Below, piece after piece: positions 38,507 to 48,405 of a stretch of 64,000 nucleotides of DNA (the first letter of the stretch is position 1; each line of letters begins with the position of its first letter). The stretch lies in the NCBI GenBank assembly GCA_044234005.1, contig JBIIJE010000001.1:12130-76129 (forward strand). Direction: 5' to 3'. Under the pieces are notes generated by a model. It searched no databases, was not told the origin of the DNA, and saw only the letters and a list, made by a program, of their open reading frames with translations. The position numbers and the translations under genes are program-made. This stretch comes from Chitinophagaceae bacterium. GTDB lineage: Bacteria > Bacteroidota > Bacteroidia > Chitinophagales > Chitinophagaceae.

Positions 38507-38766
38507 TATTAGAAAGTTGTATCAGTAAGCACAAATTTCAAAATTTAAATTCTCTTATAAAGTTGAACGTTTTTCAAATATTTTTACTAATTATTGGTTG
38601 TCCAACTTCTTCATCACCTGCAAAAACTTGTCTTGAGAATTGTGATGAGACTATGAATTATTCAGGAAGCCCTATTTAGATTCGCACTCGATATGAATAC
38701 AAATTCATCAAATATTTATAATTAATTACAATGATTTAGATTTGTATTCTAGATCATAATTTTATC

Positions 38767-39402
38767 ATGAGAAAACTTTCAATACTTTTTGTTATTCTTT
38801 TGGCAACTCAGATTGCACAATGCAAAGAATTTTCGATTGCGAATAGCATGCGGCCAAAAAAAAATTCGGATGGTGCTCTTGATAAAACACGAATATTACT
38901 TGGCCCAGGTATTGGGGTGAACGCTTTTAATAGAGGGTTTGCCTTCAATCTTAATCCTTCTTTGGCTTATGCTTTTACTGATAATTTCTATGCAGGTTTT
39001 AGCTTGGGTTATAGCTATTTTCAACAATCTACAGATTATAAAAATCCTGTATCAAACTTAGATGAGAAGTTTCGATATAAAATTCCATCTTATTCGGCGA
39101 GTGTATTTGCACGCTATATCATTGCTAACATGATAATAATTGGTGTCGAGCCTGAAATAAATAATACGAAAGTTTATACAGACAGGTTTTTCAATTCATC
39201 TGGGCAATTAAATGTTGAATCGCGTCGCTTAAGTGTGTCTTCGTTTCTAGTAGGCGGTGGCTATTGTCAACGACAAAGCGATATCGGGCATCTATTTTTT
39301 ATGGCTATGTATGATTTGCGCCAAAATCCGAATGCGGCCAGATATTACGAATCTTTAGACATACGCCTTGGTTGGATGATACCATTATTTAATCAACGCT
39401 AA
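38767..39402 (+). CDS. Hypothetical secreted / outer-membrane beta-barrel-like protein
   Basis: 211-aa ORF with a signal peptide (MRKLSILFVILLATQIAQC) and alternating aromatic/hydrophilic beta-strand-like segments. I recognise no family. Confidence 0.4.
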   Translation: MRKLSILFVILLATQIAQCKEFSIANSMRPKKNSDGALDKTRILLGPGIGVNAFNRGFAFNLNPSLAYAFTDNFYAGFSLGYSYFQQSTDYKNPVSNLDEKFRYKIPSYSASVFARYIIANMIIIGVEPEINNTKVYTDRFFNSSGQLNVESRRLSVSSFLVGGGYCQRQSDIGHLFFMAMYDLRQNPNAARYYESLDIRLGWMIPLFNQR

Positions 39403-39550
39403 GAATCTTCTTTCTTATAGCCTTGTTTTATCGCATACCTAGCTATGCCAACACGAGATTTCACATCTAGTTTCATGAATATTCATTGTGGTAACCATTT
39501 ATGGTTTTCGGACTTAAAAACATTTTAGCATCTATTTTTTTTATAAGAAG

Positions 39551-39579
39551 TTTAATCCAAATTACATGATAGGATTTGA
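39551..39579. repeat. Copy B of the dispersed repeat (AATCCAAATTACATGATAGGATTTGA)
   Basis: See copy A. Copy B lies inside the response-regulator remnant. Confidence 0.6.
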
Positions 39580-39635
39580 GGCACGAAAATTCTAAGGTGT
39601 TAGTTGGTCTCGTTAATTGTTAACGTGACGCTTTG

Positions 39636-39680
39636 GTATTTGTTATCAATCCTGTCTCATGATTGATAACAAATACTTTT
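39636..39680 (+). other. Perfect 16-bp-stem hairpin followed by TTTT
   Basis: GTATTTGTTATCAATC (39636-39651) is the exact reverse complement of GATTGATAACAAATAC (39661-39676). The loop is 9 nt and TTTT follows at 39677-39680. Confidence 0.5.
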
Positions 39681-39731
39681 ATCGTTTGCGCATTCCAAAT
39701 GCCTAATCTGGGTTTATCCCAAATTATACGA

Positions 39732-39767
39732 AAGCCCAAACTCTGCATCAATACAAAATTTGGGCTT
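39732..39767 (-). terminator. Candidate terminator hairpin downstream of the cytochrome c peroxidase gene
   Basis: AAGCCCAAA (39732-39740) pairs with TTTGGGCTT (39759-39767) across an 18-nt loop. It lies about 60 nt after the stop at 39830 on the minus strand. The trailing U-tract is only moderate. Confidence 0.3.
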
Positions 39768-39829
39768 CATGAAAAACTTGTCTTAGAATCAATTAATTAT
39801 TTGTAATCAAACTTACTTAAACATAAAGA

Positions 39830-41002
39830 CTATTTGAATGGATTACTGTATTTTTCATCTTTAATAAACTCATAATCGGTCAACGTATTTAAGAATGCAA
39901 TCAGAGCCGTTTTATCACTTTCACTCAATTGAATATGTTTTACACTTCCATCAGCATTTTTAAATTTCTTATCTAAATTCTGTGCGGGCTTAATGCCAGA
40001 TGAATAATGATCTATGACATCGCGTAAAGTCTTAAATCTTCCATCATGCATATAAGGTGCCGTTAAAGCAATATTGCGTAAACTCGGAATTTTGAACATG
40101 CCATCTTTTCTACCCACATCATTCGGAATAATATCAAGTCCAATATTGGTTGTACCTCTTACATCAGAAGCTGACCCTGTATTAAATGTTTGTCCTCCAT
40201 ACTCGCCACCAGGTTGATCTGGCGCACTCAAATTAGGACCTGCATGACAAGTTGCACATTTTGCTTCCGCGCTATTAAATATGGCTCGTCCTGCATTTTC
40301 TAACTGTGTATAATTACTAAAGTTATTTGCTCTTCCTTCATCAAACTTTGAATGACTCGTCGTTATTGAAGCAATAAATTGCGATAGTGCACTCGAAATG
40401 GCCGTTTCTGTAATAGCCGAAGTACCAAATGCCTTTTGAAATAATGATGGGTAATATTTAGTTTCTTGTAATTTCTTAGTAAGCGCGTTCAAGTCCTCCA
40501 TGCCCATTTCGATATGATTTTGTACAGGTGCTAACGACAAGTCGTTGATAGTAAATGAACGAGAATCCCAAAACAAATTATTTGACATTTGCGGATTTAT
40601 AATTGCCATACTACTTCTTGTCGTAATACGACCTTCGAATCCAAGACTCAGGGCTAAACCATCTGAAAATGCCTTTGATTGATGATGGCAACTTCCACAG
40701 GATACTGAATTATTGAGAGACAATAATTTATCGTAAAAAAGTACACGACCCAGGGTAGCTCCTTCATTCGTAACCAACACACGTTGACCCGACATGAAGA
40801 AAGGCATATCAAAGCCCATGAATCCTCCATTTTGTGTAAACTGATTTACACCATTCCCATCTGGCAACTTCGCACTTGCATATTCATAAGCAGTTGAAGG
40901 TAGTTGAGGTGCTACATGATCCTGTAAACCTGTTGCGGCTTTGTTACATGAAATCCAAACTAAGACCGCAATAATCAGGGAAGAAATAAATACTTTTTTC
41001 AT
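39830..41002 (-). CDS. Di-haem cytochrome c peroxidase family protein (CCP/MauG-like)
   Basis: 390-aa ORF with a signal peptide and two CxxCH haem motifs (CGSCHH and CATCHA). The C-terminal block PSLRNIALTAPYMHDGRF is typical of bacterial CCPs. Confidence 0.85.
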   Translation of the reverse strand: MKKVFISSLIIAVLVWISCNKAATGLQDHVAPQLPSTAYEYASAKLPDGNGVNQFTQNGGFMGFDMPFFMSGQRVLVTNEGATLGRVLFYDKLLSLNNSVSCGSCHHQSKAFSDGLALSLGFEGRITTRSSMAIINPQMSNNLFWDSRSFTINDLSLAPVQNHIEMGMEDLNALTKKLQETKYYPSLFQKAFGTSAITETAISSALSQFIASITTSHSKFDEGRANNFSNYTQLENAGRAIFNSAEAKCATCHAGPNLSAPDQPGGEYGGQTFNTGSASDVRGTTNIGLDIIPNDVGRKDGMFKIPSLRNIALTAPYMHDGRFKTLRDVIDHYSSGIKPAQNLDKKFKNADGSVKHIQLSESDKTALIAFLNTLTDYEFIKDEKYSNPFK

Positions 41003-41210
41003 AGCAATTGTATTTAATGTTTAAAGTCCAATATAAAAGTAAAGCCATTTAGTTATAGAAAATTACAATTAGCGACAAAACACTGAAATTTTAACATATG
41101 TTAATCGCTTAGGATATAAGGAAATTGAGCCTCTCGTACTTCTGTTTGATACTGCTTATTGGACCTAAATTTTCAATGCGCAAAAAAAATTTACAAACTA
41201 GTTTGAAAAA

Positions 41211-43499
41211 CTACCACGATACTAGATGGTTATTATATAATAACTTTTTTGACTCTTTCAGCAATACCGATTCGTAGAGCGGCCTAATTTGTAATTCATC
41301 AATATAGGTTGCTGAACTTTTATCATCGTTTATGAAATCCAATATAATATGCTTTATATCTACACTAGGTTTTAATATTTCATGAATATGAACCCAAAAA
41401 CCTTGATTATCATTGAGACTTCTATTAAATAATATATCATGATTCTCAACCCGATTCAAAGCGCTGTCAAACAACTCGATATAAAAATGAGGCATGCGGT
41501 AATCGACATCATTTACTTTGACCCATACTGAAAGTTCATAGCTTGAGTCTTTCATTAATTGAATTTCTTCATTCAGCAAATTTAGTTCCGGAATATTTAA
41601 AGTTGCTTGAGCCCCTTTGCCGAAAATTTTTTCTTCTGAATTCTTTTCTTCAAATGAGCGATGTACGAGTAATGTGTTGGCTTGAGGGGCAGCAAGTTTA
41701 AGCGAATCTTTCAATCGACTTTCGTATTGCATTAAATTCTCCCATGATAATGAAAAGCATGAAATGCCTTTGATATTTGTCAAATATCGAGCATGTTGAA
41801 AAAGGTATTTTTCATCTGGCGACAATGCACTACTGTCTTGATATATCAAAAGAAGATTTTTTTTGTTGAGTAAAGAACCGAATTGCGACTTGTCTGATAA
41901 AGGACCTCCAGTTAAACGCATTAATGAAAAACTTTGAGACCATGAACTTCTTGATAAATGGGTATTTACAATAGGTAAGCCTGTTGCTAAGGAGAATTGA
42001 AATGAAGCATCAATAATAAACCCAGATTGTCCATATCCAACTTTTTCAGAACCAATACAGAAAAATGGAAACCCCGCAATCGCTTGATGATTGTTGATTT
42101 CTTTGTTCAAATCTTTACTAAGTTGAACACTATCTATGTAGTTTGTGAATGCTTCATAATCTTTGCTTGAAGTATCCGATCTTTTTTGAATAATTTTTCC
42201 ATATCCAAACATTTCTATGGTGGAAACACCTAATAATAGGATTGCTACAAAACTCATTTCTACATATTTAAACTGACTCTTCAAACTGCTGAATATCTTA
42301 TGCACACCAATTACCATACTTATTGAAGTTAGAAAATAAAAGATGACACTAAATCTACCTAAACTTCGAAATTGTTTCATCATAGGCACAGTATCTATAG
42401 AGTTTTCGAAACCCCAAATAAAAGGAACTCCCATACTAAATAGTAAACATAAGAACCCTGCGAGCATCATCTGTTTTTGTGCGTCTTCGAATACCGGAAT
42501 TTCCATTTTTAAACAACGATTTGTCAGCTTTAATATTATCAAGAGTATAATCCAAACACAAAAAAACACATTTAATATTCCAATGTAACCGTAACCTTCA
42601 CCACCAAATTCAACGGATTCTAAATCGGAGAACAGGATATTTAAAAAGGAACCCAAATCACTTGAATTACTCGTCAGCACACTCCGCCAATTACTTAGGT
42701 AGGAAAGTGTTCCCCAGGGATTCGTTGGTCTGTCCTGAATAGGATCTGTAAATAAAAGAATAAGCTTGACAACAACAAATGCCAAAAATACACTTAAAAT
42801 AACGCCGTAAGTTTTTAGAAAAGTGGCTTTTAAATTTTTAACATTAAATAATAAAGTAGCAAACCATAAACTAGCAATTAAAAATGCACCAATCGCGAAA
42901 TTATAGAAATGCAGAAATGCAATACTTACCAATACGAGTATAATTCCTAGCAAAATAGTTTTACGATTTTGCTCGAAATACGCATAAAAAAGCAATATCA
43001 GCAAGGGTATGTAAAATGTATAACTCAGACCAAAGTGCCCGAAAACTCGGAGGATATTCGGCGAAAAAAAGGTAATAACAACTGCTGCAATAGAGCTTAT
43101 CCACGGATTTACTTTGAGTTTGTTGAGTAACATAAAAGTAAATATGGAACTTAATAAAAAACTCAAAATCAGTATAAGGTTCATGATGCCAAGTAATGTC
43201 GGTATTTGAAAATGTAATACTTGATTTAAGTAACTTAATGGAACAGATAATAAAGGTTGATTATCTGTAAATGTGACATGCTCTCCATAAGGATAATTCA
43301 TGCCTTCGAACCAAATACCTTTACCATAAAATGTATGATATAAGAAAGTAAAATAATTTTTAAACCCATCTCCGTTTGCACCAATCATGGCTGCTGTAGG
43401 TTGCATTAAAACATTTCGAAATAAATACCATGCAAAGCTTGCACTGAGGCAAATATGAAACCAAAAATGAGGGGTAAATCGAGCAAATTGCTTTCTCAT
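41211..43499 (-). CDS. Large polytopic membrane protein with a C-terminal soluble domain (GT-C-like / YfhO-like architecture?)
   Basis: 762-aa ORF. The first roughly 440 aa contain about 12 hydrophobic helices and the last roughly 300 aa are hydrophilic. It is divergently paired with a GT2 gene. The family is not recognised with confidence. Confidence 0.4.
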   Translation of the reverse strand: MRKQFARFTPHFWFHICLSASFAWYLFRNVLMQPTAAMIGANGDGFKNYFTFLYHTFYGKGIWFEGMNYPYGEHVTFTDNQPLLSVPLSYLNQVLHFQIPTLLGIMNLILILSFLLSSIFTFMLLNKLKVNPWISSIAAVVITFFSPNILRVFGHFGLSYTFYIPLLILLFYAYFEQNRKTILLGIILVLVSIAFLHFYNFAIGAFLIASLWFATLLFNVKNLKATFLKTYGVILSVFLAFVVVKLILLFTDPIQDRPTNPWGTLSYLSNWRSVLTSNSSDLGSFLNILFSDLESVEFGGEGYGYIGILNVFFCVWIILLIILKLTNRCLKMEIPVFEDAQKQMMLAGFLCLLFSMGVPFIWGFENSIDTVPMMKQFRSLGRFSVIFYFLTSISMVIGVHKIFSSLKSQFKYVEMSFVAILLLGVSTIEMFGYGKIIQKRSDTSSKDYEAFTNYIDSVQLSKDLNKEINNHQAIAGFPFFCIGSEKVGYGQSGFIIDASFQFSLATGLPIVNTHLSRSSWSQSFSLMRLTGGPLSDKSQFGSLLNKKNLLLIYQDSSALSPDEKYLFQHARYLTNIKGISCFSLSWENLMQYESRLKDSLKLAAPQANTLLVHRSFEEKNSEEKIFGKGAQATLNIPELNLLNEEIQLMKDSSYELSVWVKVNDVDYRMPHFYIELFDSALNRVENHDILFNRSLNDNQGFWVHIHEILKPSVDIKHIILDFINDDKSSATYIDELQIRPLYESVLLKESKKLLYNNHLVSW

Positions 43500-43670
43500 A
43501 AAAGACTAAAACTATTATTAAATGGACGGTTTGCAAAATATTTTCTTCTTAAAGGTATTTTATTTTCATCCCAATTAATCATACAGAAGTTCGAAAAAAA
43601 TAGACTATTTTAATTCGAGATATATTCACAGCCCTTCAAGGAATTAGCTATTTTCGCCAAAAAATACTTC

Positions 43671-44381
43671 TTGTCTCAAAAATCTCTTGCTATTGTTGTT
43701 CCTGTTTATAGACCTATGATACTTTGGCAAGCTAACTTATACAATCATTTTCAAGCCTTAGCCGAATCTCTTCATGAATTTTCAGTAAAGCTTTACATCA
43801 CGATAGATGGTGGATTTACCCAACAAGAACTTCTAGAGACAAACGCATTCTTTGAAGCCATTCCGAATGTAAATTGCCTAAGCTATTCTGAAAATATGGG
43901 AAAAGGATTTGCACTAAGAAAAGGTATTGCGGCCGCGCAAGAAGATTATATTGTATATACAGATATTGATTTGCCCTACACACAAGAGTCAATGTTGGCT
44001 ATTATTGAATCGCTTGCAGTAAATGATGTTACCATTGGCATTAAAAACAAAGATTATTATAAACATTTACCAACTTATAGAGTTGTAATTTCGAAAATAT
44101 TAAGAAGTATGATTGGTTTTTGCTTCCCAAAATTGATTACTTCTGATACTCAATGCGGACTGAAAGGTATGCGAAGATCAGTAAAAGAGCTTTTTTTAAA
44201 GACCACAATTAATCGATACTTATTTGATTTAGAATTTGTTTACTATGTTTCTAAATCAAATTTTTCTGCTACAACCATTCCTGTTCAATTACGCGAGGGT
44301 ATTGAATTTAGAAATATAAACAAGTCTATTTTATTACAAGAACTTTATAATTTTGCGCGAATTTTAATGCATAAGAATTAA
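43671..44381 (+). CDS. Glycosyltransferase family 2 (polyprenyl-phosphate sugar synthase-like, GtrB/DPM1-like)
   Basis: 236-aa ORF with LAIVVPVYRP near the N-terminus, a YTDIDLPY (DxD) motif and a later TQCGLKG motif. The TTG start in the track is uncertain. Confidence 0.7.
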   Translation: MSQKSLAIVVPVYRPMILWQANLYNHFQALAESLHEFSVKLYITIDGGFTQQELLETNAFFEAIPNVNCLSYSENMGKGFALRKGIAAAQEDYIVYTDIDLPYTQESMLAIIESLAVNDVTIGIKNKDYYKHLPTYRVVISKILRSMIGFCFPKLITSDTQCGLKGMRRSVKELFLKTTINRYLFDLEFVYYVSKSNFSATTIPVQLREGIEFRNINKSILLQELYNFARILMHKN

Positions 44382-44568
44382 CTATTTGAGGAATTAAAAC
44401 CTTAAACCATCATCCTATTTTTTTCTACATTATAATAGTATAGATGGTTTTACCTCCCTCTCGATTTTCAATTGTTTAGCAAATAAGGTATTAGGCAGAA
44501 GGTGCATAAATAAACTTTAACACAAGTATATAGATTATACTCTTTCGAATTGAATAGTACATAGTTTT

Positions 44569-46467
44569 CTATAGCTTCTTAAAGGTAATCGATTCCTTAT
44601 AAGCTTTGTTCAATTGCTTAATAAACTTATTCCATGACTCGAATTGAGCTGGTTTTAACTCGAGTTCAGTTAAGTCTAAATATATTCTTTGTTTGCAAAT
44701 TATATCTTGGCCCGATTGCGAGTAGTTGATACTTGCACCAAATCCATCTTGTTTCAAATCAACATTTTCTGGCAAATAGGCTACCTTATAATTCTCTGGA
44801 ACACTTAATTGATAAGTGATTTCATGCATACTATTATATTGAAACGAATAGGGTATTGTTCTATTGGGTTCTTTGATATACGAGTTACTTAATGTTCTAT
44901 CCATTAATACATTCACGTAAATTTCATCATCCACTTCTTTGGCAAAATCAGCAATGCTAAAATCCACGCGATAGTTTACTTCTCGATTAGGGGTTGCTTT
45001 TTCAACTACAAATTTTTCAAGTGCCGCATTGTTGCTTATGCTTTTAATGATGCCTTTTCCAAATTCTTGTCTGTCATTTTCAGAAACGTATAATAATTGG
45101 TTGGAAATATTATTCGCTAACAAGCCGGTATATTTAGTTTCTGTCGTTATCGTTGCTTTCGTTTTATCAAGTCTAATCTTATTTACTTCTTGAAACATGT
45201 TCTTCTCGGCCTTTACAACAGGTACCATTACAAGTTCATATTCAGTATCGTTTTTATAAATCATCACTTGTTTTCCTTGGATATGATCAGAAGGTAAATC
45301 ATAAAATCCATTAGGATCTGTTGCATCTAAAAAATACCATTTCCCATCTAAATTTACTGAAGCTATCATATGGTTATCAGTATTCTTGAGTGGAACTTCT
45401 GAATAAGTATAAGGTATTCGTCGAGTACCTAACCAAGTTAAATAAGCAGGCACTTTGACCGCTCGCAATAATGCAAATTGCAAACTGCTCATATCTTTAC
45501 AATCACCGTACCTTCTGGCACAGACTAAATCAGCTTCACGCGGAATAATCCCTTCCATGCCATTTTCAAATGCTACATAACGTATATTTTGCTTCACCCA
45601 ATCATAAATTCGTATTACTTTTTCTCTATCATTGGTGCAACCTTTCACGATTGAATCGGCCAAGGCCTGGATGCGGTCGCTTGGTTTTTTGTTTACATGT
45701 TTTATATTTTTTACATACCAATTAAATAAATCTCGTGGGGTCTTGCTTACAGTAAATACTTTCCCTCTTGCTCTGTACTCATCAATCTTATATAATACAT
45801 GGGGTGTATATGCCATTCGAGCGGGTGGGTTATCAATTGGTTTTTGCTCTTCGATATCTTTCGCTGTCCATGTGTAAATCGTTTCATTTCGTTTTACTTC
45901 CTTCTCAAATTTAAAAGTTGTAGGTAAAATATTTTTTTCTATCAAAGAGATTGTTACTTCTTCGGGCACGATTAATTCATACCTACGTTCTTGAACTGGC
46001 ATATAAAATGAGAATGAGAAAGGATCTGTAAAATGTGCTTCTTGCGTGGATGTCGTATATTTTACATGAGCCTCCGAGCCTACTGTTAAACCCAAAAAAG
46101 TAATATTAATTTCTTTCTCATCATCATAAAAAACAGAATTACTTTTGGCATTATTCATCTTGAAATCTTTAATTTCAATCGTTTTCATTTTGCCATTCGG
46201 CTGTGGATTTTTTGTAAATACTTCTATGTCATCCAACTTTTCAAACGATGAAATGTAAACTGAATAATCATGATAAAGAGAAATCGATTTTTCGTCATTG
46301 AATTTAAAAATGATTTCGCAGGTAGTAGTTACTTTAGGCGTTGTGTCTTTGATGTTGATTTCGGTTCGCTGTAAATAATAAGATACAAAGGCACTTGACT
46401 TGTTGATGCTAGCAAAAGTTATAGAATTAATTAATAAAATGAAGCAAAGTGAGATTAGGTATTTCAT
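44569..46467 (-). CDS. DUF3857/transglutaminase-like domain protein
   Basis: 632-aa secreted ORF. The central ARRYGDCKDMSSLQFALLRAVKVPAYL contains the transglutaminase-core Cys (GDCKD), followed by a His (NHMIA) and an Asp (FLDATD). Confidence 0.7.
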   Translation of the reverse strand: MKYLISLCFILLINSITFASINKSSAFVSYYLQRTEINIKDTTPKVTTTCEIIFKFNDEKSISLYHDYSVYISSFEKLDDIEVFTKNPQPNGKMKTIEIKDFKMNNAKSNSVFYDDEKEINITFLGLTVGSEAHVKYTTSTQEAHFTDPFSFSFYMPVQERRYELIVPEEVTISLIEKNILPTTFKFEKEVKRNETIYTWTAKDIEEQKPIDNPPARMAYTPHVLYKIDEYRARGKVFTVSKTPRDLFNWYVKNIKHVNKKPSDRIQALADSIVKGCTNDREKVIRIYDWVKQNIRYVAFENGMEGIIPREADLVCARRYGDCKDMSSLQFALLRAVKVPAYLTWLGTRRIPYTYSEVPLKNTDNHMIASVNLDGKWYFLDATDPNGFYDLPSDHIQGKQVMIYKNDTEYELVMVPVVKAEKNMFQEVNKIRLDKTKATITTETKYTGLLANNISNQLLYVSENDRQEFGKGIIKSISNNAALEKFVVEKATPNREVNYRVDFSIADFAKEVDDEIYVNVLMDRTLSNSYIKEPNRTIPYSFQYNSMHEITYQLSVPENYKVAYLPENVDLKQDGFGASINYSQSGQDIICKQRIYLDLTELELKPAQFESWNKFIKQLNKAYKESITFKKL

Positions 46468-46641
46468 GTGGTTTTAAAAAAATGTGTATTTACTGGAAGA
46501 ATATTAAGAATTAAAATGTTTTTAAAAAAAATAAAGCTTTCTAGCCAAACAAAATTGCAGTAAAAAGATCAATATAATAGGAAATACATCTAACAGATTT
46601 TGTTATAATAAATGTAAAACACTTATACATTTGCAAGGCAC

Positions 46642-47505
46642 ATGCTTTTCGCGCTCACTTATGCTTTCCTCTTTTGTATTTCATTGCTCCCGATGGGCAT
46701 ATTGTATGCATTGTCGGATGCTTTATTTTTTTTGTTGTGCCGTGTGGTAAAATACCGAGTTGCTGTTATTGATGAAAATCTGAAACTATCATTTCCAGAA
46801 AAACCTGATCATGAGCGCGAGCAGATTAAAATCAATTATTATAAAAATTTATGCGATAGTGTAGTAGAAACTATCAAACTTATAACTATTTCAAAAAAGG
46901 AATTATCTCGACGTATGTCATGCAATTGGGAGGCTTTTGAGTTGATGACGCAACAAAATAAAAACGGGCAAGCCTATATGTCACATCAATTTAATTGGGA
47001 GTGGGCTACCGTTTTATGCAATTGGCATGCACCACGACGTTTTACAGGTTTGTACATGCCTTTGACGAATAAAATATTCGATAAAATCTATTACAAAATC
47101 CGGAGTAGAAGTGGCACAGATTTGATTCGGGTTCAGGATTCACAAAAGGAAATGGCGCGCGTGCAACAAAGCAAAATTTTATGGGGTTTCATTGCTGATC
47201 AAAATCCAAGTGATCCGAAAAGAGTCTCTTGGAATTTATTTCTTAATAGACAAACCGCTTTTTTCAAAGGACCTGAGTTTATTGCCCGACGGTATAATAA
47301 CTTGGTCTATTTTGGCGAAATTATCAAAACAAAAAGAGGCTATTACCATATTGAAATGAAACTGGCGTTTAATAATCCTCAGGATACAAAAGAAGGTGAA
47401 ATCACCGAAGCTTATGTACGATACCTAGAGGATAGTATCAAACGCCGGCCAGAAAATTGGGTTTGGTCGCATCGAAGGTGGAAACATAAACATCCCGTTG
47501 AATAA
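46642..47505 (+). CDS. Lipid A biosynthesis (Kdo2-lipid IVA) acyltransferase family protein (LpxL/HtrB-like)
   Basis: 287-aa ORF with an N-terminal TM segment and an HQFNWEW (HX4D/E-type) acyltransferase motif. Confidence 0.7.
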   Translation: MLFALTYAFLFCISLLPMGILYALSDALFFLLCRVVKYRVAVIDENLKLSFPEKPDHEREQIKINYYKNLCDSVVETIKLITISKKELSRRMSCNWEAFELMTQQNKNGQAYMSHQFNWEWATVLCNWHAPRRFTGLYMPLTNKIFDKIYYKIRSRSGTDLIRVQDSQKEMARVQQSKILWGFIADQNPSDPKRVSWNLFLNRQTAFFKGPEFIARRYNNLVYFGEIIKTKRGYYHIEMKLAFNNPQDTKEGEITEAYVRYLEDSIKRRPENWVWSHRRWKHKHPVE

Positions 47506-47755
47506 TTCTATTTTAAATATTCTCGACTGAAATTTTATTCCATCTACCCAGCTTCGCGGACCAAATATTTTTATTAGTTGCAATGGGTAGAGCAAATTTG
47601 CTTTCTTATTTTGTTAACATTAATACTAATAGTGTTAAAATTTTCTATAACTTTATTATTGCGGCAAATTAATTATAGACAAAATCGATAAATTTGAATT
47701 TCTTACTAGTCATTTAGCTACTCATAGCTTTTGCTGGTTTTAAACATCTACAAAC

Positions 47756-48325
47756 ATGAAAATTGGACTCTATTTTGGCAGCTTTAATCCTATACATATC
47801 GGGCATCTTATTATTGCGAATCATATATTGAATAATTGTGATGTGGATCGAGTTTGGTTTATTGTATCACCGCAGAACCCTTTGAAAGAAACTTCAAGTT
47901 TGCTGAATGAAAAGAGCAGATTCTATCTGACTCAATTGGCTGTAGAAAAACAACCAAAATTCAAAGCGAGTAATATTGAGTTTTCTTTACCTCGCCCTTC
48001 TTATACAATAGATACAATGACTCACTTATCTGAAAAATATCCACAACACAATTTTTCAATCATTATGGGTGGTGATAGTTTTCAGAATTTGCCTAAATGG
48101 AAAAACTATAAAAAACTTTTGCAAGATTATAAAATTATTATCTACAATCGACCAGGGTTTCTGATTGATAAAAGCCTCAGTAACAATATTGAAATTTTAA
48201 ATGCGCCGCTGTTAGATATTACCTCGACCTATATTCGAAATGCAATTAAAGAAAAAAAATCAATAAAGTATTTAGTACTGGAAGAAGTAGAGGAGGAAAT
48301 TTACAAAAGTGCTTATTATCGATAA
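47756..48325 (+). CDS. nadD: Nicotinate-nucleotide adenylyltransferase
   Basis: 189-aa ORF with GLYFGSFNPIHIGHL (the (H/T)xGH nucleotidyltransferase motif) and a C-terminal ITSTYIR (ISSTxxR) motif. Confidence 0.85.
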   Translation: MKIGLYFGSFNPIHIGHLIIANHILNNCDVDRVWFIVSPQNPLKETSSLLNEKSRFYLTQLAVEKQPKFKASNIEFSLPRPSYTIDTMTHLSEKYPQHNFSIIMGGDSFQNLPKWKNYKKLLQDYKIIIYNRPGFLIDKSLSNNIEILNAPLLDITSTYIRNAIKEKKSIKYLVLEEVEEEIYKSAYYR

Positions 48326-48405
48326 TCATTGAATTCATACTTTAGGAACTGAAGATGATAACAATCTTAGATTTAACACAGATTCTCATATTGATTTTTA
48401 GCATT

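Larger units (their letters stand above)
39399..39794 (-). pseudogene. Remnant of a NarL/FixJ-type response regulator (LuxR/GerE HTH C-terminus clear; receiver part very degraded)
   Basis: The minus strand gives ...VIWIKLLIKKIDAKMFLSPKTINGYH.. in one frame, which runs into a stop. After a frameshift it gives MKLDVKSRVGIARYAIKQGYKKEDS, ending at the stop at 39399-39401. Together these match the GerE HTH pattern (KEIAeKLFLSpKTVe.HR.NI..KLdVKnR.elvrYAi..G). Upstream, KVFVINHETGLITNTKASR is receiver-like but weak. Confidence 0.5.

Noticed and set aside
47560-47600. 8-bp inverted repeat TCTACCCA/TGGGTAGA and the 12-bp palindrome AGCAAATTTGCT upstream of nadD
   Set aside because: These are short, AT-rich and isolated. 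They are compatible with chance or a weak terminator of the upstream acyltransferase gene and do not amount to a specific claim.
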